Of a DNA stretch of 64,000 nt, positions 21,610 through 33,827 are shown one piece after another. The stretch spans positions 1-64,000 of IMG/VR virus record IMGVR_UViG_3300044821_000131; one strand, 5' to 3'. The stretch's first letter is position 1. The number at the start of each line of letters is the position of its first letter. Both the position numbers and the translations under genes were made by a program. The notes beneath the pieces are model-generated. The model was not told where the DNA came from and did not search any database. It worked only from the letters and a program-made list of their open reading frames with translations.

Positions 21610-22221
21610 ATGCCCAAGCCGATTTACGCCGATCTATTCAAAGATAAGCTAAACCAGCACCGTGCCGATAATAATTTGTCGTATCAGCAGTTGTCCAAGC
21701 AAATAGGCTTCTCTACGCGGCATGTTATTCGATGGTTAAAAGGAACCTCATACCCGGCAGAAAAAAACTTGAAACAGGTGTGCCTGCGCCTGTGTTGGCC
21801 TTTTGATCAGTTCTCGATTGAAGCTAGATTGGATGCGAAGGCACTTGCCAATTTTTTGTCCTTGGAGGCCATTCAGGCGCGCTATCTGCGTTCCTGTGCC
21901 CGTGATAATTCGATCGAAGCCTATCACATGGTAGGGCTGGCCGCTTGGCATATATTCAACATGCTTCAAGTTAAAAATATTGTTTGCATTTTGACCGCCG
22001 ATTCGGTTCAGAGTGGCACCGCCTACATCACTTGTGCCGTGGCACCAAACTTGGGTGTCGTCATCAAGGTTGTCGGCGAGAAGGAAGGAATCAAGGCCGA
22101 AGTCTCAAACGGTGCAGATGCGGTCTTCGTCGGTCTGAAATTGGTGACGGATCAGACCGCACCAGAATTTACTGTCACTATCCCTAAACTCGTAGCTTAC
22201 TATGGAACCCATGAATCTTAA
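21610..22221 (+). CDS. XRE-family helix-turn-helix protein
   Basis: LNQHRADNNLSYQQLSKQIGFSTRHVIRWLKGTSYP. Confidence 0.7.
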   Translation: MPKPIYADLFKDKLNQHRADNNLSYQQLSKQIGFSTRHVIRWLKGTSYPAEKNLKQVCLRLCWPFDQFSIEARLDAKALANFLSLEAIQARYLRSCARDNSIEAYHMVGLAAWHIFNMLQVKNIVCILTADSVQSGTAYITCAVAPNLGVVIKVVGEKEGIKAEVSNGADAVFVGLKLVTDQTAPEFTVTIPKLVAYYGTHES

Positions 22222-22881
22222 TCGCGGAACCCCACCTTTGGCGTTTGCACAACAAGAGGCACGTCGCCGTGGCGAACTTGACGCCGTACAACCAAATTCT
22301 CAACCCATGGAAACCGATCCGATTTCTCCTGCATCTCCACCCTCGCCACGCATGAGCGGGCGCTTGTTCCCTGTGACATTGACCTATAACCCTCCTCCGG
22401 GCACACACACTCCCGGTGGTGATCCACTGCCCAGTATCAGCATAAAGTTCAAAGCTCGATCCGTGGATATCAAGGAGCATTTCATTTCCTTGAATCACAG
22501 CCCCGACATCGACATTGAATTTACAGCGTTTGCCGAAGATCTGATTTGTAAGATCGGCGAGAAGGCCTATCCGGTGAGTTGGGTTGGATCTACTTTCAGC
22601 TTTCCAGACAACGACGTATATGGTATTCAGTTGTTGCGTCGGCAAGAACCGCCCGGTACATCAGGATCGTGACGGTGGTGTAAACTGAACTATCAATGAT
22701 AAAAAATGGTCGCATCGAAATTGGCAAGACCCCTAGCGTTGTTACTGGCGCCTGTTCTACCCGCATCTTGGAGGGTGAACCAGTCGGCGATCATGAACAC
22801 CCGAATGATCCCGAATTCAGAAAACTTGCCTCTCTGATGGTGTTACCAACTCCCGACGATGTGAAGGAAATCGATGGCTGA
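22202..22881 (+). CDS. Two hypothetical ORFs (22202-22672, 22696-22881)
   Basis: Directly upstream of, and overlapping, the putative portal gene. Confidence 0.55.
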
Positions 22882-25624
22882 TTTTAACGATCTCGGTTAC
22901 GTGGGCTTGGGTGGCGAACGTCGCTTCGACGATCCATTCCTGCTGCCCAGCAGCGCGTCAATGCCGTTGACGCTGGAGACGGCCATCGACATGTGCCTTT
23001 TCCTGTACTACATGAACCCGCAGTACGTACAGGCTTCGGCGCGTGTCGCCCGGCACTTCATTACCGATTTCGATTTTCCTGGCGATGGCAGTAAGCAGGA
23101 AAAGGAAGATTTCAAAACCTATCTCAAATACCAGTTGCAGCTGCCCAGCTTCATGACTGAAATGGGTGACGAATGGAGCTGTTTTTCTGGTGATACGAAA
23201 GTCAACACGCGCGATGGTGTATTTGAGATTAAAGACTTGGCTGACAAACGTGTGGAGGTTTTGTCCAAAGGCGGTGTGTATCGTCCAGCGGATTTCAAGT
23301 GCTATGGTAAGCAGCCACTGATGGAGGTCACATTTAGCGATGGCCGAAAGGTTTACGCAACGGCGGCGCATCAATGGGAAGTGATCAATCGTAGTAACAA
23401 ACAAGTAGTCACTACAACGGACAAACTAATTCCCGGCTATAAGATTGAACGTACGGTGGCGCCTAGACCCGATCGGAACGACGAATACTACGAGGGTATA
23501 CGACATGGATTCATCTTTGGCGACGGCTCTCTTTCTTCCAGAAATAAACGCTCGACAGCTCTGTTTGTTGGCGCGAAAGACGCGGCCTTGTTTCCATTTT
23601 TCAAAGGTTACGGAAACACGCCTCGCCCTAGACGCGACAAAAAGGACATGGTTCGCATATCCGGATTCCCGGCCGCCTATAAAAGTCTACCGTCACGTAC
23701 GGCTAGTCCTTCGTACTGGTACGGTTTTGTTTGCGGTTTCTTGGCCGCGGATGGTTGTGTGTGTCCTTATGGCTGCGCCATGCTTACACAAATATCAAGA
23801 GCTACGATTGAGGCCGTAGTAGAGCAGCTTCCAAGGATCGGTATGTGTGCTGGTCCGATTCGCTCGCAGCGTCGTATCACGGATCTTAGCAAGTACAGCA
23901 AGTATCCAAATGCCGTGTACGATTCGACTATACATTTCGTGACGTTATTGAAACGCTTTATGCTGCCGCAGGATTTTCTGATCCCGGCACATCGTGAAAA
24001 GTTTATAAAGAAATTCAAAGGCGGTAATTACGGGCGTTACGTCATCATCAGGTCTGTCAAGAAAACGGATCGGGTTGAACCTGTATACTGTTGTACTGAG
24101 ATGCAGACACACAGGTTTGTAGTTGATAATGGTATCTTGACGGGCAATTGTTTTGGTAACTGCTTCGTACGCATACACATGCCGTTCGATCGGTTTCTGA
24201 TAGACGACCGGACGAACACGATGTACGCGCTGGATTATTTCGGTCGTAATTCCAAGTACAATTATCAAACCATGACGTATGAGGTTCCGGATCCTCTCCA
24301 TCCGGGCAAACGGGTTCGGCTACGCTTCAGAGATCAGCGGTCGCGCGATGCCTCTCGTATCCGGCTTCGTAAGTTGTATCCACGTTTAGTCACGATTCGA
24401 CACAACATTATTTCTGGTGGAAGTGAATACATTTACCGATTCGATCCCGAGTTTGTGAGCGATGTGAAAAAGGGTCGTTTGTATGTGGTGAACGAGACAC
24501 CGATGAAAATGTTGCAGGCGATCAAGAATAACCACGATTTCGCCTTTGACGCCGATTCCATTTTCCATCTCAAGTCTCCAACGGTGAGTGGTGTTTCGAA
24601 TGCTGGATGGGGCATCCCGAACACGATCGCGAATTACCGCAATCTTCATCAGTTGCAGGTGTATCGCAAGATTGATGAGGCGGTCGGCTTGGACTACATG
24701 CTGCCGTTTCGCCTCTTCAGTCCTGCGGAACACTCTGGACAGAACGACGCGTTCAATTACATGATCTCATCTCGTTGGGGTTCCGAGATCAAGAAGATAA
24801 TTGACTCTCGCCGTCGTGACAAATATGCCATGCACTCGCTGCCATTTCCGGTCACCTACCAAGAATTTGGCGCGCAAGGCAAGACCCTTACTTCGAAGGA
24901 TATGATGGAATTTCAGACCAGCGCGCTGTTGGATGGCATGGGCTATCCGCAAGAGCTGTTTAAAGGCAGTCTTACTTGGATGCAGGTTCCAACGGCGATG
25001 CGTCTGTTCGAGAACTCTTTCATGTTCCTGCACATGGGTTTCAATAACGTTACTGGATGGGTTACGCGACGGGTTAGAACGTATCTCAATCAGCCTCAGA
25101 TGGCTGTCACCATGCAGAAACCGTCCTTGGCGGACAGTTTGGAACGCAAACAGTTGGTGTTTCAATTGGGAGCCATGGGCGAAATCAGCCGTGAAAATGC
25201 CTACAACTCTCTGGGTATTGATGATCCGGTGGGCGAGATGAAGAAGCGGCTCGAAGAAGATATGGAGATTCAACGCGAGCAGATTCGCATGCAGTCGGAA
25301 TTTCAGAAGGAAGTGGAATCCGGATCCCTGTTGGCCCCGGAACAAGCTTCTGGTGGGTCTGCGTCCGGCAGCTTGCCTGGTGGAGGTGCCGCCGGTAGCG
25401 TGACTCCGACCGATTCTCAATCTCAAGCTCAAAGTCTGGCCTCCTACTGGTTGAGTATCCAAAGTCCTGGCGAGCGCCGACAAGCTATGAATGCTGTTCG
25501 AGCTCAGAATCAGGGCTTGTACGCCAGCGCCAAAGAGCAAATGGAGCGCATGAGATCTCAAGGTAGTAGTCAGGGGCGCCAAGCTGTGGAACAGCAGGCG
25601 CAGCAGCAGGGTGCCACGCAGTAA
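22874..25624 (+). CDS. Putative portal protein, intein-containing
   Basis: After intein removal GDEWS-CFGNCFV resembles the portal GNAF motif; LYPRLV, IFHLK, GWGIP, LLDGMGYP; extein about 590 aa with low-complexity C-terminus. Confidence 0.62.
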   Translation: MADFNDLGYVGLGGERRFDDPFLLPSSASMPLTLETAIDMCLFLYYMNPQYVQASARVARHFITDFDFPGDGSKQEKEDFKTYLKYQLQLPSFMTEMGDEWSCFSGDTKVNTRDGVFEIKDLADKRVEVLSKGGVYRPADFKCYGKQPLMEVTFSDGRKVYATAAHQWEVINRSNKQVVTTTDKLIPGYKIERTVAPRPDRNDEYYEGIRHGFIFGDGSLSSRNKRSTALFVGAKDAALFPFFKGYGNTPRPRRDKKDMVRISGFPAAYKSLPSRTASPSYWYGFVCGFLAADGCVCPYGCAMLTQISRATIEAVVEQLPRIGMCAGPIRSQRRITDLSKYSKYPNAVYDSTIHFVTLLKRFMLPQDFLIPAHREKFIKKFKGGNYGRYVIIRSVKKTDRVEPVYCCTEMQTHRFVVDNGILTGNCFGNCFVRIHMPFDRFLIDDRTNTMYALDYFGRNSKYNYQTMTYEVPDPLHPGKRVRLRFRDQRSRDASRIRLRKLYPRLVTIRHNIISGGSEYIYRFDPEFVSDVKKGRLYVVNETPMKMLQAIKNNHDFAFDADSIFHLKSPTVSGVSNAGWGIPNTIANYRNLHQLQVYRKIDEAVGLDYMLPFRLFSPAEHSGQNDAFNYMISSRWGSEIKKIIDSRRRDKYAMHSLPFPVTYQEFGAQGKTLTSKDMMEFQTSALLDGMGYPQELFKGSLTWMQVPTAMRLFENSFMFLHMGFNNVTGWVTRRVRTYLNQPQMAVTMQKPSLADSLERKQLVFQLGAMGEISRENAYNSLGIDDPVGEMKKRLEEDMEIQREQIRMQSEFQKEVESGSLLAPEQASGGSASGSLPGGGAAGSVTPTDSQSQAQSLASYWLSIQSPGERRQAMNAVRAQNQGLYASAKEQMERMRSQGSSQGRQAVEQQAQQQGATQ
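23180..24148 (+). mobile_element. Intein with LAGLIDADG homing endonuclease (323 aa)
   Basis: Starts CFSGDTKV, block B ATAAHQW, GFIFGDGS and GFLAADGC, ends VYCCTEMQTHRFVVDNGILTGN, +1 Cys. Confidence 0.92.
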
Positions 25625-25665
25625 TTCGTTGTCAATTCTTCGGGGATTGGCTAATCTTTCCCGAG

Positions 25666-28600
25666 ATGACACAGCCGCAGCAAAAAAACGTCGTTAGCCT
25701 GCTCAAGCAGCTTCGTGGAAAACCCGTACCGAATCATCCTACAGGCCTGCCGAGTCCTCGTTCAAATGATAACGATGTCACCACGGACGGCGTTTATCGA
25801 GACGAAGGTCTCACCGATCCCGGCATTATCGGCGGCGTCACGGGCACGGGTAATGGCCCGATCATTGGTGTAGGCTAAATTTGTGCAATCACCAGATATA
25901 AATAATTTCTTTTGGAATCAGATGAACCGCACGGGTCCCTCTGATATAGCCCAGCGTGTCGGTATTAATCCGAACCGCGGGCCGGCAAGTTTCATCCCCT
26001 CTCCCGGTACCCAGCCTTGGACTATCGGCTATCAGGCCGGACGTACCCTTCCGGACATGGCTGTTCGACATCAGATGCTTCGACCTTTGCGCGGCGCCAT
26101 AAACAATCTGGGCACTAACAACGCCGGCGCAGCTCTGGCTGGGGCCGGTATTGGTGGCGCTATTGGCGCCGGTTCAGCCTTGGTAGGTGGTGGTAACGTC
26201 GGACGGCGCACGGCCGTAGGCGCCGGTGTCGGCAGCCTCGGTATGTTGCTCCTCAGCTTGTACGCGCGTAATCGTTTGAATAACACGCAGTATCGTCAGA
26301 TCGAGCCTCCAGCGTTGCCGGGCCGTGTAAAAAGCAGTTTCTACGCGGTTGGCGAAGGCAGTCAAGAGATCGGGAGTAAATTGCTCTCTGATTCTGGACT
26401 CAGTTCGGCCGATAAGACCATGTTATTGAATTACGTGCAACGTCTGCCTAATTCTCAAAAAGCCGAGCTCGCACACTTGATCGGACCTGCGGTGGGTGCC
26501 GGTATTGGCATCATCATCGCCCGGTATCTGATGCGTTTGGGTATTGGTGGCACAGCGATTATGGCTTTGTTGGGTGCCGGCGTTGGTCGTCAGATAACGT
26601 CGGGTCCGCGTGACGCGTACGGCCATGTGATCAATACCCGGCGTGATGCTTTTGGTCAACCTCGATTCGTTTAACAATGTCTGCCAAACATACAGATTGG
26701 ATCATGCTTGGTGAAGAGATCGCCACACTCGCTGAATTTCACGCGACATGCGCGGTCAACATCGAGCAGGCCTTGGCGAAGTCGGATATCAAAGCCATGC
26801 CGTCCGATCTTTTGCAGTTGCAACGTCGGAGTATTATCAAACACCGGGAATGGAGCGTGTTGTTGCGTGCGCTCTCTAAAATTCAAGGTTGAGGCGGAAG
26901 TCAATTTAAAATATATTTGGACCGATGCAAAACGAAGCTTTCAATCTGGGTGTGGCTCTGGCTTGTGTGTCACACAATCTGCCGATGACATCTTTTCCCA
27001 AGCTGGCCGGGGTTGCCGCCAAGATGCAGAGCGCCGAGGCAATTCCGGCAAAACGGCTGTTGATAAAATCCGCGCACGATGTGATGGTGCTCTGTGGTAC
27101 CGGTCATACCGCCCCCGCCCGACATCTTGAGATCCTCGCCGATCTTCCTGGCTGGTCTACCCATGCTGAGGACGTCTATCATGACCTAGTGAAGGCTTGT
27201 GCCTTATCCGAAACTCTCGAGAAGCACGCATTTAATGAGGCTGTGGAAGGTGCCGGTAATCTTGCAAAAGGTATCGGCTACGCTGGTGTGCTTGGTGGCG
27301 CTGGTCTCGGTTCCCTCTATTGGATGTTGTCTCGTCATGCGACTCAGAACGAAGCCGATGTGGAGGCTAAAAAGCGGCAGCTTCAGTATTATCAGCATCT
27401 CAATCACGAGCTGCAGGACTCATTGCGTCGTAAGTATCGGTACTCCAACGCCACTGAACCCGGGGTGCAAGTATGACCGGTGATCGTATGCCCGCGGCGC
27501 TTGGTGTTGGCTATGGCGTGCCCCAGACACGTTCGCGCCCGGACAAGAAGTTCAAGCCTGCGGGAGTTGTTCCGGATCTTCCGGACGACTGGTCCGACAC
27601 CCCGACAATTTCAGGTCAGATCAATAATCCCGAACTGTGGCGTGTGAAGGATGAAGAGGTCAAAGTTTTCGATCTTACCCAAGCTGAAGACATCAAGCAG
27701 TATAACGAGCTTCTGACCTGCGTTAACCAGGTCAACACGAACAAACTGATTCGTGATCGAAAGACTGAGGCGTTTCCTGCGATTTCGGGCTGGAAAGTTT
27801 TGGTACATGTGGTTACCATCGAGTTTCGAAAAATACTTAAAACCGAGAAACCAAAATGAACAAAATTGCCGGAGTTGATTGGGGTTCCGTTGCCAAGATG
27901 TTGGCTGGCGGAGCGATGCTTGGTACCGGCGCTGGCGCGGCCGTCACATTTCTGAACCATCTGAAAGAATTGCAGTCCAGCGCCAAGCTTCCTAGCGAGG
28001 ACGGCGGCGATTCTAATGTTCTGTATCTGGAGTTGCCGAGTAAGCGTCTTGCCCCGCAGGCGCCGGCGCGCATGCCTTACAAACGTGCTTCCTCGGCCAA
28101 TCCGAATACAAATACTGCTTCTACGTTTGCTTTGTCGTCGTTGGCTGGGTTGGTTGGCTCGGCTTTGGCTTACAACACGGTTCGCGATGTTTACAATCGG
28201 AGACGCAAGCGTGAGGTCGAAAACGACCTGTCGAATGCTCAGCATATCTATCTGAACCAACTGCCGGCTACCAAAGTCGCCAGTCAGTACTCAATGCCTA
28301 CCAAGATGGTTGGCACTGGTTATCTTGCTCTGTTGCTGACGGCGCTGGGTAGTGCCGTGGTTGCGAACAAGATGTTACAGAAACGTTTTCCACCGCTACA
28401 GAATCCTACGTCCGGGCAGCCGCGCAAGATCGTTATCAGGTCAGTGGATCCCGTCACGCATAAGCCGTTAACCGAGGGCCACGCTTTGAATGATGTTAGC
28501 CCTGACGCCGTCGAGGGTGTGGTGAGAACACAAATGGCCAATACCAAGATGGCCGCGCGCAACGATTTGGTGAATGTGGTGCACGCCGTGGCGTCCGGGC

Positions 28601-29181
28601 GTGGTGAAGAAATCAAGGAACTTATTAAATACGCCGGTGTCGACGGCATGTTGGACGCGGTTAAGGGATCCTCGACCGAAGCAACCGATCCGGTTCTTCG
28701 TAACATCGCAATTACTTGGATATGCAATGATCCATTGGTTAAGGAGGCTTTGGCTCCGACTATCGCCGCGGAGTTCTTCAAGAATGCTTCGTGGACGTTT
28801 GAGTTGTTGCCGCGCTTGTCTGATCTGGGTTTCAAGGAAGCCAGTTTGATCGGTCTTGTGGAGGCATCGACCAGGGCTGTTCGGGCTAACACGCTGGCCC
28901 CGGTGATGGAGAAGATGGCTCTCACAAAAGCTGCCGAGGAGCCTGGTGTGTCGCCGCTGAAGACATTGTTCTTTGCTGGTGCGCTTAACAGCATCATGGA
29001 TCCGCGCAAGCGAGAAGCGGTGCAGGATCAAACCATGAATACGATGGTGAACGAAGAGAGTCCGGTAAAGACTCGTAAGTATCATCACGGTATCGATCTC
29101 GAGATCGGTGACGACGACGCGCGCCGGTTTGCACAAACGATGCTGCCTGCCGTAGATAAGACCTTGGCTCGAAATTCGTAA
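25666..29181 (+). CDS. Probable virion/ejection protein cluster (25666-25878, 25883-26674, 26677-26892, 26925-27476, 27473-27859, 27856-29181)
   Basis: Follows the portal; several Gly-zipper (GxxxG) hydrophobic segments and recurring K-x-A motifs. Confidence 0.5.
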
Positions 29182-29192
29182 GCTCGTCGTAT

Positions 29193-29221
29193 TTGACAGC
29201 CATTCCCTTTCGTCGTACAAC
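29193..29221 (+). promoter_or_regulatory. Sigma70-like promoter
   Basis: TTGACA-N17-TACAAC, 7 nt before ATG 29228. Confidence 0.6.
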
Positions 29222-29227
29222 TGTCTT

Positions 29228-29779
29228 ATGGGCAAGAAACGCATTCCTTTGGGAGTCCTTGGACTTCCGGCTATTCTGCAGCTTCAATCCGAAGGTTTCA
29301 ATGTGTCCAAAGAATTGACGGACCGTGGCCGTTCCGATCTCATTTGTACGGTAGCACCACCGGTATCCAAGGCGCCACTCATCGATCGCATTAACAAGTA
29401 CGGTGTGTCGGCGGCAGAAGATCGCACACATGACGGTATTACTTTCGATTCCAAGCTGGAGAAAAATGCCTATATCCTGTTAAAGGATTATGGTGTGGAT
29501 TTCACATACCATCCGGTGTACGAGTTGCAGGAGGCATTCAAAGATGGAACCGGCCGGTCACACCGGGCTATTCGGTACGAAGGTGATTTCCTGCTCAATC
29601 ATCCGGCTGGTGCTGTTTTGATAGATATGAAGGGCGTGCTGACTCCCAGTTTTAAGATGAAAGAAAAAATGTTGATCCACAAGTATGGGTTGACTCTGTA
29701 CTGTCCGAAATCTCTTAACAAATTGATGCTTCTCTTGGCGGAGCACAATCTTATCGGACCTAAGAAATTGTTGAAGTAA
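29228..29779 (+). CDS. PD-(D/E)XK endonuclease, DUF1064-like
   Basis: FDSKLE, YEGDFL, IDMKG, TPSFKMKEKM. Confidence 0.72.
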   Translation: MGKKRIPLGVLGLPAILQLQSEGFNVSKELTDRGRSDLICTVAPPVSKAPLIDRINKYGVSAAEDRTHDGITFDSKLEKNAYILLKDYGVDFTYHPVYELQEAFKDGTGRSHRAIRYEGDFLLNHPAGAVLIDMKGVLTPSFKMKEKMLIHKYGLTLYCPKSLNKLMLLLAEHNLIGPKKLLK

Positions 29780-29912
29780 ACAAAATTTTTAAATGACAAT
29801 AGCCACCGGCGCACAATTGAGAAAAGTTCTGGATTACTTGCGACAACACCCGGAAGAAGCTGCAGCCGCATTTGGCTTTTGTGATGTCTATAAAGAAACA
29901 TAAATTATACCC

Positions 29913-31161
29913 ATGATCGTACGCGCTCTAATTTTACTCAGCTTGTGGATTGCCGGTATCCTGATACAACTTCGGTTTTGTAATAACTGGTGGGATAATA
30001 ACCGCTCAAAAGGCTGCGGCTGTCATAGTCCCATGGACGAAGCTTCTTTGTTGAAAGGCGTTTTGCTGGCAGTGTCGGCATTCGTGTGGCTGCTATTACC
30101 ATTCGTGGCGGCCATTGTTTATTGGTTCTCAGGGTTTCAAAAATGAAAATGTCGTGGTCGAAACAATCTACGGAAATTAAACATATGACAATCAAAAAGC
30201 GAAAATCAAAATCGCGACCTGCACCACCTCCTTTGAAAACTTATATTGTGATCAACGATGCTGACGGTAACGACTCGTTCGAGGTAGAGGCAGAGTCTGA
30301 CTATCACGCGCACATTATAGCTTTGCAAGAACTCGGTTGGTGGGTATCGACACCAGCATGAGAAATATCATACGCGACAACTACAAATTCGTTGGCCAGG
30401 CATTTTCGGGTCATCTATTCGCGTGGGCGGCATTTATAGCCACTGTTGGTATAGTCCTTATACTCATTGTTCTACCAAGTGCCGACATGACGGTTACATC
30501 TGCGACGGTTACGACGTCTCGGCATCGACCGTCTGTTCAACGATCGCCTCAAGTAGTACTTACATACAAGGAACTGACCAATTTTATCGCGCAGTTGCCC
30601 GCAACCAATTGTTCGGTCCAAGACGTTTTGATATGGACCAACAAGGCCGGAGACAAGACGATCGGAATAACCAAGGACGGCATGGTGTTCCTACGTGTGA
30701 AGTTCTAGTTTGTGATCACGAACACACCCGAGTGTAGACAGTTGATTGATGCATTGGCGCAACTGGTCATGCAGACATGTTCTCCGTATGTTGCAGAGTG
30801 CCGGGTTATAACCGATCCCGAGATGATGCGTATACGGCATATTGTCTTTAGTTGGCTCCGATCTCGGTTTCCACAGACTCCCGTCGACGAGTTTCGACAG
30901 TGGATCACATTAGAAAACAATCCCCGGGCGCCGGGAAAGCTTGAGGCGCGTCTCAATCATCAAAAAATGGTTGAAGACTTGGATAGTGTTCCGGATTGGG
31001 TGTACGCATTGTACTGGGCTTTTAATCCGAATTTTAAACCGACCTTCGAACCGTCGGTAAGAGTTAAACCAGAAACGTGGCCAGCTGCGGTAGAACCCAG
31101 TTCCGGGCATCACGGTAAACAAGAATCCTTTAATTATGACGATCGAACAAATACAGACTAA
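29913..31161 (+). CDS. Small hypothetical ORFs (29913-30146, 30185-30361, 30358-30708, 30712-31161), two with TM-like segments
   Basis: Co-oriented small ORFs; hydrophobic stretches in 29913 and 30358. Confidence 0.5.
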
Positions 31162-31885
31162 TTTTAATAAATTGGAACACAGCATCAGTTTCCACATTCA
31201 AAATTTAGAACTTCGCACAACTCTAATCGACTTCGTGCAGACCAATCAATCGCGGTTGAAGTCATCCCCAGCCTCGACCATGACCAGCCGTCATCACGCT
31301 GAGTCTGGTGGTCTGCTCCAACACATCAATGAGGTTATCGGCCTGTCTTGTGATCTCATTCAATACATGGCGTCCTTCGTTCACCGCGCTGATGTTCTGC
31401 AAGGTCTCGAAGACGTGGTGGTCGCTTCGATACTGCACGATATTCACAAGATAGGAGATCCGTTCGGACGTACCTATTATGAGCCGAACATGGTGAAAGC
31501 CAGTAAGCGTAAGGACGAGACCCAGATGGTGCAGTCCACGGCCAAGCCTTATGCCGTCACTGAAAACACATACAAATGCAGTCATGCACAATTGGTCTCA
31601 CCGATCCTCATCGCCACTGCCGCGCTTGTGGACCGCAATTTGGAGCAGCTACCTGAAGGCGATCTATCGTTGCTGTTTGTGCAGGCCACCTCTCCTAAAT
31701 TGTGGTCTTTGTTGAACGACACGGTAAAGTTCACGATTCGTCATCACGACGGCGCCTACGGCACATCCAAGTACGAGCTGGCCGGCAAGGAGACCGCAGT
31801 GATGCTGGCAGTACATACGGCCGATATGATCTCGTCCCGGAGCAGTCGGTTGTTTGTGACGCCGGCAGAGGTTGCAGAAGACTAA
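31136..31885 (+). CDS. HD-domain phosphohydrolase (YhaM-like HD, no OB fold)
   Basis: HHAESGGLLQH, LHDIHKIG, HHDG, HTADM. Confidence 0.8.
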   Translation: MTIEQIQTNFNKLEHSISFHIQNLELRTTLIDFVQTNQSRLKSSPASTMTSRHHAESGGLLQHINEVIGLSCDLIQYMASFVHRADVLQGLEDVVVASILHDIHKIGDPFGRTYYEPNMVKASKRKDETQMVQSTAKPYAVTENTYKCSHAQLVSPILIATAALVDRNLEQLPEGDLSLLFVQATSPKLWSLLNDTVKFTIRHHDGAYGTSKYELAGKETAVMLAVHTADMISSRSSRLFVTPAEVAED

Positions 31886-31903
31886 GATCTGCTGCAGAAC
31901 TCT

Positions 31904-33827
31904 ATGAAGTATTTTGTAAATGGACATTGCTTGAATCCAAAGGCAAACGATGACCTTGTTGTGCCACCGCTCTGTGCGTGCTGCCATAAACCACAGCATA
32001 AATGGAACACCATGCGCGTTCTCGGATGCGGTGGAGATTACGAGGACTGGCCGTGTAGACTGTGCCAGCCAGAAGAATATGAAAAAACTTTACGAGACGC
32101 CTATCTCTAGTCGGCACGATATAAAAGCTGAGCCGCAGCCAACTAATGATAGTCATGAACCAAATGACTCCTGCGGATAAACAGAACGCGCCAATAGAGC
32201 GATTTGATGCTCCACCGGGCTCGGCGGAGCGTGCTGGCCAGAATATGGAACGCGTTTTTAGGTGGTCTAAGGTCTGTGACTGTAAATCCACCGCGTCAAC
32301 GTGTGAAATTCGATGCAAGGGCGAATACGTCAACGCCACATGGACGATGACTGCGACATTTTACCCAATGCTTTCTTGCGATGAATGCGGCGCGACATGG
32401 AAACTCGACGCAGTTAACGTGGGAGTTGACCTACAGTCCCGCCGAAAGAAATAAAAATATGGTATTAACTCAATAGACCAACGACCAATGACACCAAACC
32501 AAGCCAGAGATGGACTGCTCGAAGCCATGCCGCTGACAACGGAAGCGGTAACGACGATAAAGAAATGGGGACGGGAATGCTCTGATGAGCGCAAGGCTGA
32601 CCCTGAAACCTACAATAAATGCCCGCGCTGCTATGGTCTCCACAGCATCCGTGGAAACTTCGACAACCTGTGTGATGGGTGCGTGAAAACAATCCTCGAA
32701 CACTTCCCAAACCATGAAAGCGTGCCGCACATCAAAGCAGCACTCGCTTAGATGTTTAACGTCCGCATGAGTCGCGGTAAATCGTATGGACATCACAAAA
32801 TTAAGCATTAAAGAATGTGCGGAACTTCAATCGCACGAAGGCAATTCCGAACTGGACAGGCGCGTAATGGAAGAACAGGACCGCATCGTTCGACTTTCCA
32901 TTGAGCAACTCACGGCGCTCTTGCTTGCCAGAAGTATTCGGCCAGATAAAACCGACATCAGGCTGAGAGCGGTAAGAGATGAACTCCTCACTCGCTTAGA
33001 TGTTTAACGTCCGCAGAATCCATGCGGCGATTTCAAAATGACATCCAAAATTGCAACTGAACCGTTCAAGCACGGGAACAACCCGCATTGGCTTCATGCG
33101 GTGGTTCGGCGACTGGTTGCATGTCTGCACGTTCACCGCTGGGAAGAAACGCTTTGGAACGCATGGGGCATAGACGTGGAGCAACGCTGCCGCTGCGGTC
33201 AATACCGGCATCACCTGTTTGAGCATCGTCGCGGTTTCTGTCAAGAACCAAACTGGCAACTTGGAAAACATCCCAACCGATACATGGCAAAATGAACACT
33301 GATAATAGTCGAAAATATGAAAACGAAAATAAGATATTCGGATATGAATGGTCGGACATCCAGCGAGCGCAGCAAGGCGGAAGGCTGGCGCAGCCAGTCC
33401 GAACCGGCAACCTAAACGCATCGGTGCAATGCTTCCGATGTCACAAATACTTTCGGCTGCCGCAAACGATGGAAACCGACCCGTGGCCGGTGCAATGCCT
33501 TCACTGCGGCTATATGCACACGTCGCATGACGGAGAATCGGCTATGTGGCCGAAATGGGGCGATGATAACAAATGGCATACAGTGGCCTAACGCCGTGCG
33601 TGAGCCATCCCGGATTCACGACACACAACAATCAAAAACCTGAACGAATAAAGTGCAGCGGCCAACCGGGATTGGCTCGACGCACTTGTTAGGCAGCACG
33701 GTTTATGAAAACAAAACCAATGATAACGGAAACAGTGACACTCTCTTTTGAGGTGAAGCTCAACTACCAAAACGATGAAGGCCGGGCATGGCTCGTAAAA
33801 TCGCTGAAGCGTGATGCTCGGAGATAA
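31904..33827 (+). CDS. Small cassette-like ORFs (31904-32110, 32146-32454, 32488-32751, 32786-33007, 33038-33295, 33292-33591, 33705-33827)
   Basis: Short, often Cys-rich ORFs separated by attC sites or remnants; 33705 read directly (MKTKPMITET...DARR*). Confidence 0.55.
32741..33015 (+). repeat. 27-bp direct repeat cactcgcttagatgtttaacgtccgca (32741-32767, 32989-33015)
   Basis: Exact match; each copy contains an attC core GTTTAAC and they flank ORF 32786-33007. Confidence 0.9.
33002..33110 (-). other. attC site
   Basis: Minus strand: GCCGAAC-CACCG-CAT[G]AAGC-CA[A]TGCGG...CCGCA-TG-GATTCTG-CGGAC-GTTAAAC. Confidence 0.75.
33586..33694 (-). other. attC site (canonical geometry)
   Basis: Minus strand: R'' GCCTAAC, 5 bp, L'' CGT[C]GAGC, CA[A]TCCCGG...CCGGGA-TG, L' GCTCACG, 6 bp, R' GTTAGGC. 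Confidence 0.9.

Noticed and set aside
32115-32230. Degenerate attC-like segment (aagctgagccgcag...gctccaccgggctcggc)
   Set aside because: Both core boxes are broken; kept only as a possible remnant, not called as a site
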